Source of the DNA: a virus
DNA: 37,534 nt
Direction: 5' to 3' (one strand)
IMG/VR virus record: IMGVR_UViG_3300032373_000053
Coordinates: 1-37,534 of that record
The notes below the pieces were generated by a model, which was not told the DNA's origin, did not search any database, and worked only from the letters and a program-made list of their open reading frames with translations. The translations under genes and the position numbers were made by a program. This document shows, piece after piece, positions 17,842-27,083 of the stretch; position 1 is the first letter of the stretch; every line of letters starts with the position of its first letter.

Positions 17842-18729
17842 ATGGGAAAGCAAGAACCAAGCCAGCCCGCCCCCGTTATTGTAAACCCAACGGCATCGGC
17901 GACGGGCCAAGCGTCTTTTAATAAAGAGGCGGCGTTACAACAACGCGCTTTGAATATGGTTGACAGCTACACACCGCAAGGCTCCACCAAATACGAATCC
18001 ACAGGGGAAGAAGTCGAAGGTATCCCGCAGTACAAGGTCACTCAGTCATTCAGCCCGGAACAGCAAGCACTTTATGATTCAAGCACACGCTTGCAGCAAC
18101 AATACGGTGACATCGGCGAGGCACAATTAGGCGCGGTTCAAAATACGTTATCTGCACCGTTCTCGCTTGAGGATATGGGCGCGGCTCCGCAATTTAATGA
18201 CGAATACCGCACCCAGCAAATGAACAACATGATGACGCGGTTAAATCCTCAAATGGAACAGCGCCGCGCATCGCTGGAAACTTCGCTCGCTAACCAAGGG
18301 TTCAATGTCGGGACTGAGGGTTATGATAATGCGATGGACGAATACAACCGAGCCTATAACGATGCCCTGGTTGCTGCGGATATACAATCGACGGGAATCG
18401 CTGGTCAACAGTACGGATTTGAGACAAACGCCCGCGACCGGGACATCAACGAAATTCTAATGCAGCGCCAGCAACCTCTGGCCGAATTATCAGCGTTTAT
18501 GTCGGGTTCGCAGCCGACGATGCCTGGGTTTATATCATCGCCGCAGGGACAGATCGCCGCGCCTGACTTTATGGGCGCACAGTACGGGTCTGCCAACCAG
18601 CAAAATGCATTCAATCAGAACGCATATAATCAGCAAATGAACTCTTACAATAACAATTTATCCGGCCTTTATGGTCTTGGCGGTGCGGGCGTTGCCGCTG
18701 CAGGTGGATATAATTGGGGTGGATCATAA
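17842..18729 (+). CDS. Q/N-rich hypothetical protein (295 aa), possible internal virion protein
   Basis: A long ORF with a Q/N-rich C-terminus (GSANQQNAFNQNAYNQQMNSYNNNLSGLYGLGGAG). Confidence 0.65.
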   Translation: MGKQEPSQPAPVIVNPTASATGQASFNKEAALQQRALNMVDSYTPQGSTKYESTGEEVEGIPQYKVTQSFSPEQQALYDSSTRLQQQYGDIGEAQLGAVQNTLSAPFSLEDMGAAPQFNDEYRTQQMNNMMTRLNPQMEQRRASLETSLANQGFNVGTEGYDNAMDEYNRAYNDALVAADIQSTGIAGQQYGFETNARDRDINEILMQRQQPLAELSAFMSGSQPTMPGFISSPQGQIAAPDFMGAQYGSANQQNAFNQNAYNQQMNSYNNNLSGLYGLGGAGVAAAGGYNWGGS

Positions 18730-20048
18730 TGCAAAACCCAGGGTCTCGTTTAACGTCACGTAACCGCCTTGCTCGTATGCTCATGGACCAAGAGAGCGCA
18801 GCGCCGCCTATTCAGTCTCATACGCAGGGTTTGGCGTCTATGCTTCGCCAGGGCCTTGCAGGGTATATGCGGGGCGCTGATTCGCGGGATGCTAACGCGG
18901 CGCGAAGTGAGTACATCAAGCAATTGACTGCGGGTGATACCACAAAGAGCGTTGGACATCCCGGTTATGATCAAAAGAGCGTCACAACGTTGGCAGAAGA
19001 AAACGCAGCGCGGGCGATGGCTGGTATGGAAGGCAACGAATACGCCTCACAGTATGGCCAGCAAGCGGCTTTGGCCGGAATGTCACGTAAGCGAAGTCTT
19101 GCGGATCAGGAAAAGGCTCGTCAGCAACAGTTGGCAGACCGGGCAACGGCGCGGCAAAACCAATTACAGGACGCAACCACAGGGTTTGAGCGTAGCCGCA
19201 TTTTAAACGCAGAAGAACGCGAAAACGACATTATGGACAAGCTGGCAGAGCTTCAAGCTAGAGATTCTCTTGCGCGAGGGCGTTCGGCTGATGAGGCTTT
19301 GCGTGATGTCAACCTTGATCGCGCTAAATATGGCTTGGCCCCATTAACATCGCTTCCCGGATCGGGCGGCGGTCAAGGTGCTGCAGTTCCCGCTCAGCAA
19401 GCATACCCATCCATGGTGCAACCATTAACATCTGAGACTAATCCTACGAATCAAGCGCCTCAACCTATGGCCTCGCCCAAACCGCCTAAAACAATGCAAC
19501 AAGCAATACTTGAGGCAGAGGTGGCTAAAACCACGGCAACCGAACAAGCCAAACTCGATGTCGAAGCTAGGGCGGCATTGCCTGGGATTATAGACGAAGG
19601 CAAAAATGCGCTTTCTATTTTGGATCAAATCGCAACATTTGATGAAGATGGGAATGTGAAATCAACGCATCCTGGCTTTAGCGACCTTGTTGGTATCCCC
19701 GGGTGGGGCGGCATAACTGACGCTATCCCTTACATCGGCGGTCCCGTTCGGGGCACTGATGCTTCGGATATGAAAGTTTTGCTTAACCAAGTTCAAGGCA
19801 AGCAATTTTTACAAGCGTATGAGTCCCTTAAAGGTGCTGGGCAAATCACTGAGGTTGAAGGGAAAAAAGCAGAGCAATCAATCGCCCGAATGGATGCGGC
19901 ACAAAGCGAAAAAGCATTCTTAAAAGGACTCAAAGAGTTTCGTGATATTATTTATCAAGGCGTCGAGCGCGCAAGGAATAAGGTTTCTGGTAGTCAATCT
20001 GGCAGTCATGATGAAGATTTACTTAATAAATATGCGCCGGTGAAATAA
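18729..20048 (+). CDS. Hypothetical protein (439 aa), possible internal virion/ejection protein
   Basis: TAATG overlap with the upstream gene. Function is positional inference. Confidence 0.65.
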   Translation: MQNPGSRLTSRNRLARMLMDQESAAPPIQSHTQGLASMLRQGLAGYMRGADSRDANAARSEYIKQLTAGDTTKSVGHPGYDQKSVTTLAEENAARAMAGMEGNEYASQYGQQAALAGMSRKRSLADQEKARQQQLADRATARQNQLQDATTGFERSRILNAEERENDIMDKLAELQARDSLARGRSADEALRDVNLDRAKYGLAPLTSLPGSGGGQGAAVPAQQAYPSMVQPLTSETNPTNQAPQPMASPKPPKTMQQAILEAEVAKTTATEQAKLDVEARAALPGIIDEGKNALSILDQIATFDEDGNVKSTHPGFSDLVGIPGWGGITDAIPYIGGPVRGTDASDMKVLLNQVQGKQFLQAYESLKGAGQITEVEGKKAEQSIARMDAAQSEKAFLKGLKEFRDIIYQGVERARNKVSGSQSGSHDEDLLNKYAPVK

Positions 20049-22111
20049 TGGCTGACATTAACCGTATGATGGAAGCATTGCGAAACGCAGACGCGGCGGG
20101 CGATGTTGAATCAGCGCAACGCATTGCGGGTATGATCCGTTCGGCGCAAAATGATACATCGCCTACACAACAAAAAGGTCCGCAACCAGATACGCGGCCA
20201 GAGGCAGGAATGTCCGAGGGGTTGCTTGATAGCCTCACTAAAGGGCTGTCTATGGGATGGGGTGATGAGCTTACTGCATTGGAATCGGCAGCGTTGGGGC
20301 GGCGTCCTGGCGATGGCACCTTTGACGTAGGTAATTATGAAGGCTCGTTTGGAGACAGATATAATGCCGCTATAAACGCAGAGCGTGGACAGCAAGCAAG
20401 ATTCAGCGAAGAAAGCCCGGTTGCGTCTACGGCGGCAGAAATAGCAGGTGCTATTCCGACTGCGTTCGTTCCTGCGTTGAATATCGCAAGGGGCGGTAAA
20501 TTAGCAAGTGCATTGGCAACGGGGTCCTTACAGGGCGGCGTCTACGGTGCAGGCGCCGGCGATGATGATAGACTTGAAGGCGCGTTGACAGGCTCTGCTA
20601 TGGGTGGAGTAGCCGGCGCTGCGTCTGTCCCTCTTGCAGCCGGTGTTGGCAACCTTGCAAAAAATCTTATGACCGGAACGCAGGCTAACAACTTAGGTTT
20701 GTCTCGCCCATCATATGAGATGATGAATCGCGTGGCTGGTGCTGATGCTGCGGTTAGTGGCCAAGGTGCCGCTAATATCCGGGCGGCTGGCCCTGGGGCG
20801 ATGGCCGTCGATGCCGGACCAACGTCTGCGAGCGTATTAGATATGGTTATGCAGCGCGGTGGTCCGGGTTTGGCCACGGCGTCAAGGAATATTCAAGGGC
20901 GCGTTGCTGATTCTTCTAATAAGTTTGTAAGCGTATTAGATGACGTTCTAGGCAAACCTATCGGCGTGAAGGCAGCTGCCAAGGATATTGCACAACGAAC
21001 AAGCGCGGGCCGTTCTCAGGCATACGGCGAAGCATATGGATCAGCTATTGATTACGCCTCATCGGAAGGCATGAAAATCGAAGATGTTATTTCTCGCGTT
21101 CCTGCTAGGGCTGTCCGTGAGGCATTGGATAATGCAAACGATGAAATGGTTTCGCTCGGTCAAAAGAATTTGCAAATAATGGCAGATGTTGCTGACGATG
21201 GTTCGGTGTCATTTCGAGAAATGCCAAACGTGCAGCAACTTGATGAACTAAAAAAATCTTTGCAGAAAATGGCTGATGTTGCATATGCAAGCGGTAACAA
21301 AGGCAAAGGCGGCATGTATAATCGCCTCGCCAGAGATTTAAGGGACGCAATCATTGACGCCGCCCCTTCATATAAAGACGCTGTTTCAAAAGGTTTCGAT
21401 AAAATTGAAATGGATAACGGGTTAAAATTGGGCCGTGATATGTTGCGGCCATCTGTTACACGCGAGGACGTTTTACTAGGTCTTGACGGAATGTCGCAAG
21501 CGGCAAAGAACGAGGCGAAAATTGGTTTACGCAGATATATTGATGACGCGATGGCGCGCGTTAAAACCGCCATGAGCGATCCAAATGTTGACGCTCGCGA
21601 AACCATGAAGGGATTGAAAGATTTATCTAGTCGTGACAGCCAAGAGAAAATACAGGCGTTGCTAGGTGAATCAGAAACGGCGCGATTATACGATGTAATA
21701 GCAGAATCAGAAAAGACGTTTAATCTGCGGTCTAGCATGGCCCGCAACAGTGCTACATTTGGGCGCACAGAAGCAAACAGGCTTCTTGGTGATTTATCGA
21801 AAGAAGGTGTCGTGAATAAATTAAGAAAGGGTGAGCTTGTCGATGCCGCCAAGGAAGTCGTTCATAGCGTAACAGGTATGAGTGAGGCCGAAGTTCAGAG
21901 GTTGATTGATAGCCACGCAGAAGAATTGGCAGAATTTTTAACAGGTCCGCGCGGCGAGGATGCGGCAACAAAACTTCAAATGCTCGCCCGTTCAACACCA
22001 GCAATCAACGAGGCGGGCGCAAGGGGCGGCAATCTTGCCCGCCAGCTTATGCGCCCTGTTCCGGTTATCGGGGCGGGTTCAATTACGCAATCAGGGGGCG
22101 GCGACCGATGA
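20048..22111 (+). CDS. Hypothetical protein (687 aa), possible internal virion/ejection protein
   Basis: TAATG overlap. It contains Gly/Ala-rich hydrophobic stretches (GGVYGAGAGDD...AMGGVAGAASVPLAAGVGNL). It is the largest ORF before the tail fibre. Confidence 0.65.
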   Translation: MADINRMMEALRNADAAGDVESAQRIAGMIRSAQNDTSPTQQKGPQPDTRPEAGMSEGLLDSLTKGLSMGWGDELTALESAALGRRPGDGTFDVGNYEGSFGDRYNAAINAERGQQARFSEESPVASTAAEIAGAIPTAFVPALNIARGGKLASALATGSLQGGVYGAGAGDDDRLEGALTGSAMGGVAGAASVPLAAGVGNLAKNLMTGTQANNLGLSRPSYEMMNRVAGADAAVSGQGAANIRAAGPGAMAVDAGPTSASVLDMVMQRGGPGLATASRNIQGRVADSSNKFVSVLDDVLGKPIGVKAAAKDIAQRTSAGRSQAYGEAYGSAIDYASSEGMKIEDVISRVPARAVREALDNANDEMVSLGQKNLQIMADVADDGSVSFREMPNVQQLDELKKSLQKMADVAYASGNKGKGGMYNRLARDLRDAIIDAAPSYKDAVSKGFDKIEMDNGLKLGRDMLRPSVTREDVLLGLDGMSQAAKNEAKIGLRRYIDDAMARVKTAMSDPNVDARETMKGLKDLSSRDSQEKIQALLGESETARLYDVIAESEKTFNLRSSMARNSATFGRTEANRLLGDLSKEGVVNKLRKGELVDAAKEVVHSVTGMSEAEVQRLIDSHAEELAEFLTGPRGEDAATKLQMLARSTPAINEAGARGGNLARQLMRPVPVIGAGSITQSGGGDR

Positions 22112-23469
22112 GCTTTAATGGATCAGGTGTATTTTCAATAATCAATACGTTCGTGTATGACACGGTTATCTCTGAAACCGCAGTCAATGCGAATTTCTCT
22201 GACATCGCTACGGGTCTTTCGACGTGCATCACGAAGGATGGCCAGACGACCGTTACGGCTAATATTCCGATGGCGTCAAATCGCTTCACTGGTCTGTCTG
22301 ATGGAAGCGCGGCGGGGGATAGCACGGCACTGCATCAAATTCAAGATCAAGATGGCATATGGTGCGGGACGGCTGGCGGAACGATTAACGCACTGACGAT
22401 TACACCATCGCCTGCTATCACGGCCTATTCTGCGGGCCAAGTGTTCACGTTTAAGGCTGGCGCATCGCCTTCCGATTCGGCGGTGACAATTGCGGTATCT
22501 GGATTAACCACGGTGGCGGCTGAATTGAACGGCGCGGCTTTTTCGGCGTCTGTTGTTATCGAGGCTGATAAATATTACTCAGCATTATATGACGGCACAG
22601 CATTGCAGCTAACTCGGCTATCATCACCCTCTGGCCAGGCTGACGTTATTACAACGCGCGGCGATTTAATCCGTGGCTCATCGGCAGGCGTGGCTGAAAG
22701 ACTTGCGATAGGAACAACAGGGTACACCGTTTTATCTGATGGCACTGACGCGGGTTGGGGCCAAGTTGACACAACCGGCATCGCCGACGACGCAGTTACA
22801 TTGGCCAAAGTTGCAGCGGGTACATCTGGCGAACTACCCACATGGGACGCTGCTGGGGACCCTGCCACGGTTGCAGTCGGTACAGCGGCTCAAGTCTTAA
22901 CGTCAAATGGTGCTGGTGCTGCGCCAACTTTCCAAGATGCTGGCGGTGGTGCTTGGGAGTTTGTCTCCGTGTCTAACCCAAGTGGAGCGGCTACGGTTGA
23001 ATTTACGGCTTTCGCTGCTGGTTATGATTATTGTATTGCGGGTTGGATATACAGTTCTGCGGGGGGTATCTTATCGCTCCAAGTTGGCACAGGTGCTACA
23101 CCAACTTGGCAAACATCCAGTTATAAGGGCGATGTTTCTGGCAGTGGCGGCGGCGGTGCTATTCATACGACTTCCGGTACTGCCGGTATTCAGCTAAACC
23201 CGTCGGGATTCTCGGCGATGAGCACGGCAGATGATACAGCAATGTCGTTTGAGTTCACTGTCTATGATGTTGGCGAAACAACAATCACTCATCCAGTTAT
23301 AGGGCTTCATGCGTTTACTACCGGAGCAAGCACAGGCGGTGCAACTAATGCCGCTACCGTTTGGGCAAAATATGATGTAGTGGGTGCAATTACCGCTCTA
23401 CGATTTAGCCCTGCCAGCGGGACATTAACCGGGCAATGCTCACTCTATCGTCGGAAGGTGACCGCATAA
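22108..23469 (+). CDS. Tail fibre protein (453 aa)
   Basis: The N-terminus FVYDTVISETAVNANFSDIATGLSTCITKDGQTTVTANIPMASNRFTGLSDGSAAGDSTALHQIQD is a pattern common to phage tail-fibre N-termini. The body is Gly/Ala/Thr-rich. Confidence 0.7.
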   Translation: MSFNGSGVFSIINTFVYDTVISETAVNANFSDIATGLSTCITKDGQTTVTANIPMASNRFTGLSDGSAAGDSTALHQIQDQDGIWCGTAGGTINALTITPSPAITAYSAGQVFTFKAGASPSDSAVTIAVSGLTTVAAELNGAAFSASVVIEADKYYSALYDGTALQLTRLSSPSGQADVITTRGDLIRGSSAGVAERLAIGTTGYTVLSDGTDAGWGQVDTTGIADDAVTLAKVAAGTSGELPTWDAAGDPATVAVGTAAQVLTSNGAGAAPTFQDAGGGAWEFVSVSNPSGAATVEFTAFAAGYDYCIAGWIYSSAGGILSLQVGTGATPTWQTSSYKGDVSGSGGGGAIHTTSGTAGIQLNPSGFSAMSTADDTAMSFEFTVYDVGETTITHPVIGLHAFTTGASTGGATNAATVWAKYDVVGAITALRFSPASGTLTGQCSLYRRKVTA

Positions 23470-23723
23470 TGGCTTACACACACAAACACGTTAATGGCGT
23501 TGACATCCGCCTTACGGCGGCGGAAATTGCAGAGTTAGAAGCGCACGAAATCGTAACGACAGCCGCTGCTGTTGAGGCGGAGCGGATTGCCGCTATCAAG
23601 GCTGAGATTACGGATATTGAAGATTATCAGCCTCGCAGTGTCCGCGAGCTTGGCGTCAGGTTGGGTGACCAAGAAAGTCTTAATAAAGATGCTCTCATCG
23701 AAATTGAACGTGCGAAGTTATAG
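23469..23723 (+). CDS. Hypothetical protein (84 aa), possibly tail-fibre associated
   Basis: TAATG overlap with the tail-fibre stop. Confidence 0.55.
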   Translation: MAYTHKHVNGVDIRLTAAEIAELEAHEIVTTAAAVEAERIAAIKAEITDIEDYQPRSVRELGVRLGDQESLNKDALIEIERAKL

Positions 23724-23725
23724 TC

Positions 23726-24067
23726 ATGGACACTCCTCACCGCTCCGCTTTTGAGCGCCATTTACAAACAGCACTAGCCGTGATTATGGTTGGTGTTGTT
23801 GGCTGGGTTGGCGTGACTATCACAAGCCTATCTACCTCGCAGGCTCGCATGGAAATCACGGTAACTTACATCGCAGAAGACGTGGCCGTGCTAAACAAGC
23901 GCCTAGAGGATATGGACTTTGCTAGTCTGGCGGCACAGGTCCGTGCGTTACATACTCAGTATGTAGAGTTAGAGCGGTACCAATCTACAATTTGGCCACG
24001 GCTTCGCGAAATGAAAGACCACATTCGGCAACTTGAACCTAAAGATGCTAATAACTGGAAATACTGA
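23726..24067 (+). CDS. Membrane-anchored coiled-coil protein (113 aa)
   Basis: A single hydrophobic helix (ALAVIMVGVVGWVGVTITSL) followed by a helical region. Confidence 0.6.
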   Translation: MDTPHRSAFERHLQTALAVIMVGVVGWVGVTITSLSTSQARMEITVTYIAEDVAVLNKRLEDMDFASLAAQVRALHTQYVELERYQSTIWPRLREMKDHIRQLEPKDANNWKY

Positions 24068-24396
24068 TGGACGTACTCTCTGAGTTGCGCGCTGTTTGGC
24101 CCATGCTGGTCGCGATGATTGGCCTAGTGGTTTGGCTGGCCCGCCTAGAGGGGTCGGCAAAACGAAACACAGAAGATTTGCGCGAAGTCAAAAAGGCGCT
24201 AGCAAAATCGTTTGACCGGCTTGATTCGGTTCAAGAAGCGATGCCGGTGATTGAATCAAAGATAAAAGTGTTCGGCGATATGCTCAAGCCTGATAAATTG
24301 GCCGATCATTATACAACGACGGCGCGATTCCAAGCGGTCACTGAAAAAGACCTCGAGCGGCTTATGGACGCGGCTAAAAAAGCGGGTGTTATTTAG
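24067..24396 (+). CDS. Membrane-anchored coiled-coil protein (109 aa)
   Basis: N-terminal hydrophobic helix (WPMLVAMIGLVVWLA) followed by a charged helical region. TGATG overlap with the upstream gene. Confidence 0.6.
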   Translation: MDVLSELRAVWPMLVAMIGLVVWLARLEGSAKRNTEDLREVKKALAKSFDRLDSVQEAMPVIESKIKVFGDMLKPDKLADHYTTTARFQAVTEKDLERLMDAAKKAGVI

Positions 24397-24448
24397 TGCC
24401 GCTATTTGTTATTATCATTCTATCGGTGTCACTCATAGGTGCGGGTTG

Positions 24449-24841
24449 ATGTTATATGATCATTGGTCGCAAGTGCCGAATAATTGGGACGCATTCCCGG
24501 CTAAATGGTGGAAACCTGAGGAATTGGCGAGCCGGGGTGATGGAAGTCTGTTTGTGGACCGCGGGTTTGTGTCTGCTCTTGACCTGTTACGCTCTAGCTA
24601 TGGCAGCCCTCTTGCTTGTAATTCTTCTTATCGGGACCCTAGACATAATGCGTTAGTGGGCGGGAGTCCATTGTCACGTCACAAGATGGGCGATGCTGCG
24701 GATATTTCGACCGTTGGTATAGACCGCGACGTGCTGCTAAGATTGGCGCTTGAGCAAGGTTGGGATGGGATCGGGCTTTATAATTCGTTCCTGCATATAG
24801 ACCGGCGCGGCAGCCCTGCCCGCTGGGGAAATTGGAGTTAG
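24449..24841 (+). CDS. Endolysin, peptidase M15 (D-Ala-D-Ala carboxypeptidase-like) family (130 aa)
   Basis: SSYRDPRHNALVGGSPLSRHKMGDAADI...FLHIDRR contains the H..D...H zinc-ligand pattern of Peptidase_M15_3. ATG 24449 is preceded by AGGTGCGGG. Confidence 0.8.
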   Translation: MLYDHWSQVPNNWDAFPAKWWKPEELASRGDGSLFVDRGFVSALDLLRSSYGSPLACNSSYRDPRHNALVGGSPLSRHKMGDAADISTVGIDRDVLLRLALEQGWDGIGLYNSFLHIDRRGSPARWGNWS

Positions 24842-24843
24842 TT

Positions 24844-25326
24844 ATGGGATTTATAGCATCATTGATAGGCGGCCCAATTGTCGGCGTCCTAGGGAGTATC
24901 GTATCTGGGGCCGTTTCGTATTTTGAGCGCAAGCAAAAGATGGAAGAACGGCAACAGGATTATGCTCAAGAGATCAAGTTGCAGGAAATGAACATTGCGG
25001 CGCGATCTAACGAATTGGAGAGCGAGGAAGCGATTGCCCACACAAGCGCCGTGGCTTCCGCTCTGCGGGCATCATACAAGCACGACGCATCCTATGGCCC
25101 TGTGTCGCAGACTATGGCGTCTGTGCTGCGTTGCGTCCGTCCTGCGCTGACGTTCCTTCTACTAGGGTTAACGGCGGCTGTTTATTTCACCATGCCTGAT
25201 GGTCATATTGTTGGCGATGACGGCAGCGTCACAACCATCGGAGAGATGGTGGTGCTAAAAATTATGTTCCTAACGGAAGTCGCTTTGACGTGGTGGTTCC
25301 TTGATCGCCGGAAATCGAACAAATGA
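24844..25326 (+). CDS. Holin-like membrane protein (160 aa), resembles 3-TM GTA-type holins
   Basis: Gly-rich N-terminal helix (GFIASLIGGPIVGVLGSIVSGAV), a charged linker, then two more hydrophobic helices. It lies directly after the endolysin. Confidence 0.45.
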   Translation: MGFIASLIGGPIVGVLGSIVSGAVSYFERKQKMEERQQDYAQEIKLQEMNIAARSNELESEEAIAHTSAVASALRASYKHDASYGPVSQTMASVLRCVRPALTFLLLGLTAAVYFTMPDGHIVGDDGSVTTIGEMVVLKIMFLTEVALTWWFLDRRKSNK

Positions 25327-25402
25327 CATGCTTTGTGAAGATTGCTGCGAACGCGCTACTTGTCATCGGTACTGATGAATTTATGGAGCAGGGGCTTGTC
25401 CA

Positions 25403-25921
25403 ATGATTTACCTAATAGCGCTAATTTTTGGAATATTAAACGGGTTGTGGCGTTGGTCGGACGGGACTAAAGACATTCGCGAGCGGATAAATCGGGAACC
25501 AGCCGCGACGTATGCGCGACTCCCGTGGTCGAATGTGTGGGGGTCTCTAATTCCGGGGCTGGCGTTCGGTGCGGCTATTGCATTAAAGGGCCACGAAAAC
25601 CTAATACTGACGGACTCCCTGATGCTGATCCCGTTGGCCTTGATCATCTGGTCGAACTTAGCGGCCCCTGGGGGTTGGGGTAAGTTTCTCGCCAATAAAT
25701 CGGGTATGGGGTCGCTGTTGCGGTATGTTTGCCCGTTTTTGATTGCATCTTTCGTCGTAATGTGGACACACAGCCCCCTGGGGGCGTGCCTGATAGGCAT
25801 CTATGGTATTTTAGCGGCGATGGTAGGGGCTTACGGAGAGCGTGTCTCTAGCGGCTTCCTGCTCCAGGTTGTTCACCCCGCGTTAGCTGGCTTGCCGGTC
25901 GCTGGTCTGGTTTTATTGTGA
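25403..25921 (+). CDS. Polytopic membrane protein (172 aa), unknown function
   Basis: Several hydrophobic segments. Last gene of the rightward arm. Confidence 0.6.
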   Translation: MIYLIALIFGILNGLWRWSDGTKDIRERINREPAATYARLPWSNVWGSLIPGLAFGAAIALKGHENLILTDSLMLIPLALIIWSNLAAPGGWGKFLANKSGMGSLLRYVCPFLIASFVVMWTHSPLGACLIGIYGILAAMVGAYGERVSSGFLLQVVHPALAGLPVAGLVLL

Positions 25922-25946
25922 GATTCCGCTAAATCCCTGGTTTCAG

Positions 25947-26156
25947 TTACGCCTGTTTAATCTTCGGCGCGTCGTTGGGTTGGTCTTTCAGCCACTCATT
26001 CGGCGCTTCGAGAAATTGAGGCGTGGTGTTTTCCAGCGTAGCGAGTGCCAAAATCATTCCGTTCGCCATGCCCTGCATATACGGATCATAGTTCCAGTTT
26101 CCGTCGGAAGTCTGGATCGCGGTGATGTCTTTGAGGTTTTGGATTCGGTTGTCCAT
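25947..26156 (-). CDS. Hypothetical protein (69 aa)
   Basis: Last gene of the leftward arm. A linker variant, AATCGAGCATTGGAG, lies upstream. Confidence 0.6.
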   Translation of the reverse strand: MDNRIQNLKDITAIQTSDGNWNYDPYMQGMANGMILALATLENTTPQFLEAPNEWLKDQPNDAPKIKQA

Positions 26157-26182
26157 GTCTTTAACTCCAATGCTCGATTGCG

Positions 26183-26410
26183 TCAGATTGCCGATCCGCC
26201 ATCGCCTTGTTGGGCGACCGCGAAACCGTCGTTGTAGGCCAGTACGTCACCAAAATAGTAATCAGGCCCTTGGTGTGGATCAGTGCCCTCACAGTAGAAG
26301 TAGCCTCCAGCGAACGTCGCCTTGGTGGGCGTCTTGTGCAGAGGGTTCGTGGCGTTCGGAAATAGGGTTACTAAATCGCCATCACTTAGATTTTCAAAGT
26401 CGGTTCTCAT
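26183..26410 (-). CDS. Hypothetical protein (75 aa)
   Basis: AAACGAGCCATAAGGAGACGAAC precedes the ATG. Confidence 0.6.
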   Translation of the reverse strand: MRTDFENLSDGDLVTLFPNATNPLHKTPTKATFAGGYFYCEGTDPHQGPDYYFGDVLAYNDGFAVAQQGDGGSAI

Positions 26411-26435
26411 GTTCGTCTCCTTATGGCTCGTTTCG

Positions 26436-26600
26436 TTACCGCGTTTTGATTTCGGCTACGCGCTTCAAAAGCGCAACACGAATGGATGTCGCGGGTTCGC
26501 ATCGCAAAGCGCGCTCGATCTTATGGTAGTCAGGCCGACCGTTTGCGCGGTGCGGCAATCTTCCACACACAATCCATTCGTCGTACTCGTCATCCGTCAT
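26436..26600 (-). CDS. Hypothetical micro-protein (54 aa)
   Basis: Translation is MTDDEYDEWIVCGRLPHRANGRPDYHKIERALRCEPATSIRVALLKRVAEIKTR. CAACGAGCGATTGATTGGAGGATGAC precedes ATG 26600. It fills an otherwise empty gap and is absent from the track (under 60 aa). Confidence 0.5.
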   Translation of the reverse strand: MTDDEYDEWIVCGRLPHRANGRPDYHKIERALRCEPATSIRVALLKRVAEIKTR

Positions 26601-26631
26601 GTCATCCTCCAATCAATCGCTCGTTGGTGAT

Positions 26632-26820
26632 TCAGTCGTCATCATCGATAGGCTCAAACCGGCCATCGAAAAACTCGGCTCTTGGGCGCACCCAAATTTT
26701 GTGATCTTTTAGTGATTGATAGATCACTGCGGGCTCGCCGGTCGCTTCAATGAACACATTTTTGTTCACCGCTCCGTCAATAACCCGGTACTCGCCGCCT
26801 GTCTTTTTGTGTCTCCACAT
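26632..26820 (-). CDS. DUF1653-like small protein (62 aa)
   Basis: MWRHKKTGGEYRVIDGAV...AVIYQSLKDHKIWVRPRAEFFDGRFEPI resembles DUF1653. I prefer ATG 26820, preceded by TAAACGAGCATTTGAAGGGA, over the track's TTG at 26889, which would overlap the upstream gene. Confidence 0.55.
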   Translation of the reverse strand: MWRHKKTGGEYRVIDGAVNKNVFIEATGEPAVIYQSLKDHKIWVRPRAEFFDGRFEPIDDDD

Positions 26821-26843
26821 CGTCAGTCCCTTCAAATGCTCGT

Positions 26844-27065
26844 TTAGTCTGTTAAGTCTGACAGACTGATGTCCGGCAGGTCGGTCCAAATGGTTTTTGG
26901 GTTTCCATCGCTATCCCGAGCAACGCTCTCGTCCGCCTCGTAGCACGTCTGACAGATCGGTTGATTGTTGTACGCCCGCACCATGTCGAGCGGATAGCTA
27001 ATCTCAATTGCGCAATAATCATGCTGGCACGCGACGAGTGCTTGAATTTTCGGATTGTTAGTCAT
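26844..27065 (-). CDS. 73-aa Cys4 protein, paralog A
   Basis: MTNNPKIQALVACQHDYCAIEISYPLDMVRAYNNQPICQTCYEADESV... aligns colinearly with 28917..29138. The Cx5C...CxxC pattern is conserved. Confidence 0.7.
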   Translation of the reverse strand: MTNNPKIQALVACQHDYCAIEISYPLDMVRAYNNQPICQTCYEADESVARDSDGNPKTIWTDLPDISLSDLTD

Positions 27066-27083
27066 TTTTGCACCTATGCTCGT

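Noticed and set aside
21160-21852. A 230-aa antisense ORF inside the 687-aa gene. Similar antisense ORFs occur at 6463..7005, 20542..20877 and 25408..25800.
   Set aside because: They lie opposite long, well-packed sense genes, and their compositions are Ser/Arg/Leu-rich or Ala/Pro-rich shadow-frame artefacts. No start context supports them.
26322-26704. Several + strand ORFs (26122..26529, 26322..26630, 26486..26704) in the accessory arm.
   Set aside because: They are shadow frames of tightly packed minus-strand genes. None has a start context, and their translations are Arg/Ser/Cys-rich.
26821-26889. The TTG-initiated extension of track ORF 26632..26889.
   Set aside because: It overlaps the preceding paralog-A gene. 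ATG 26820 lies behind the conserved linker and gives a DUF1653-sized product.
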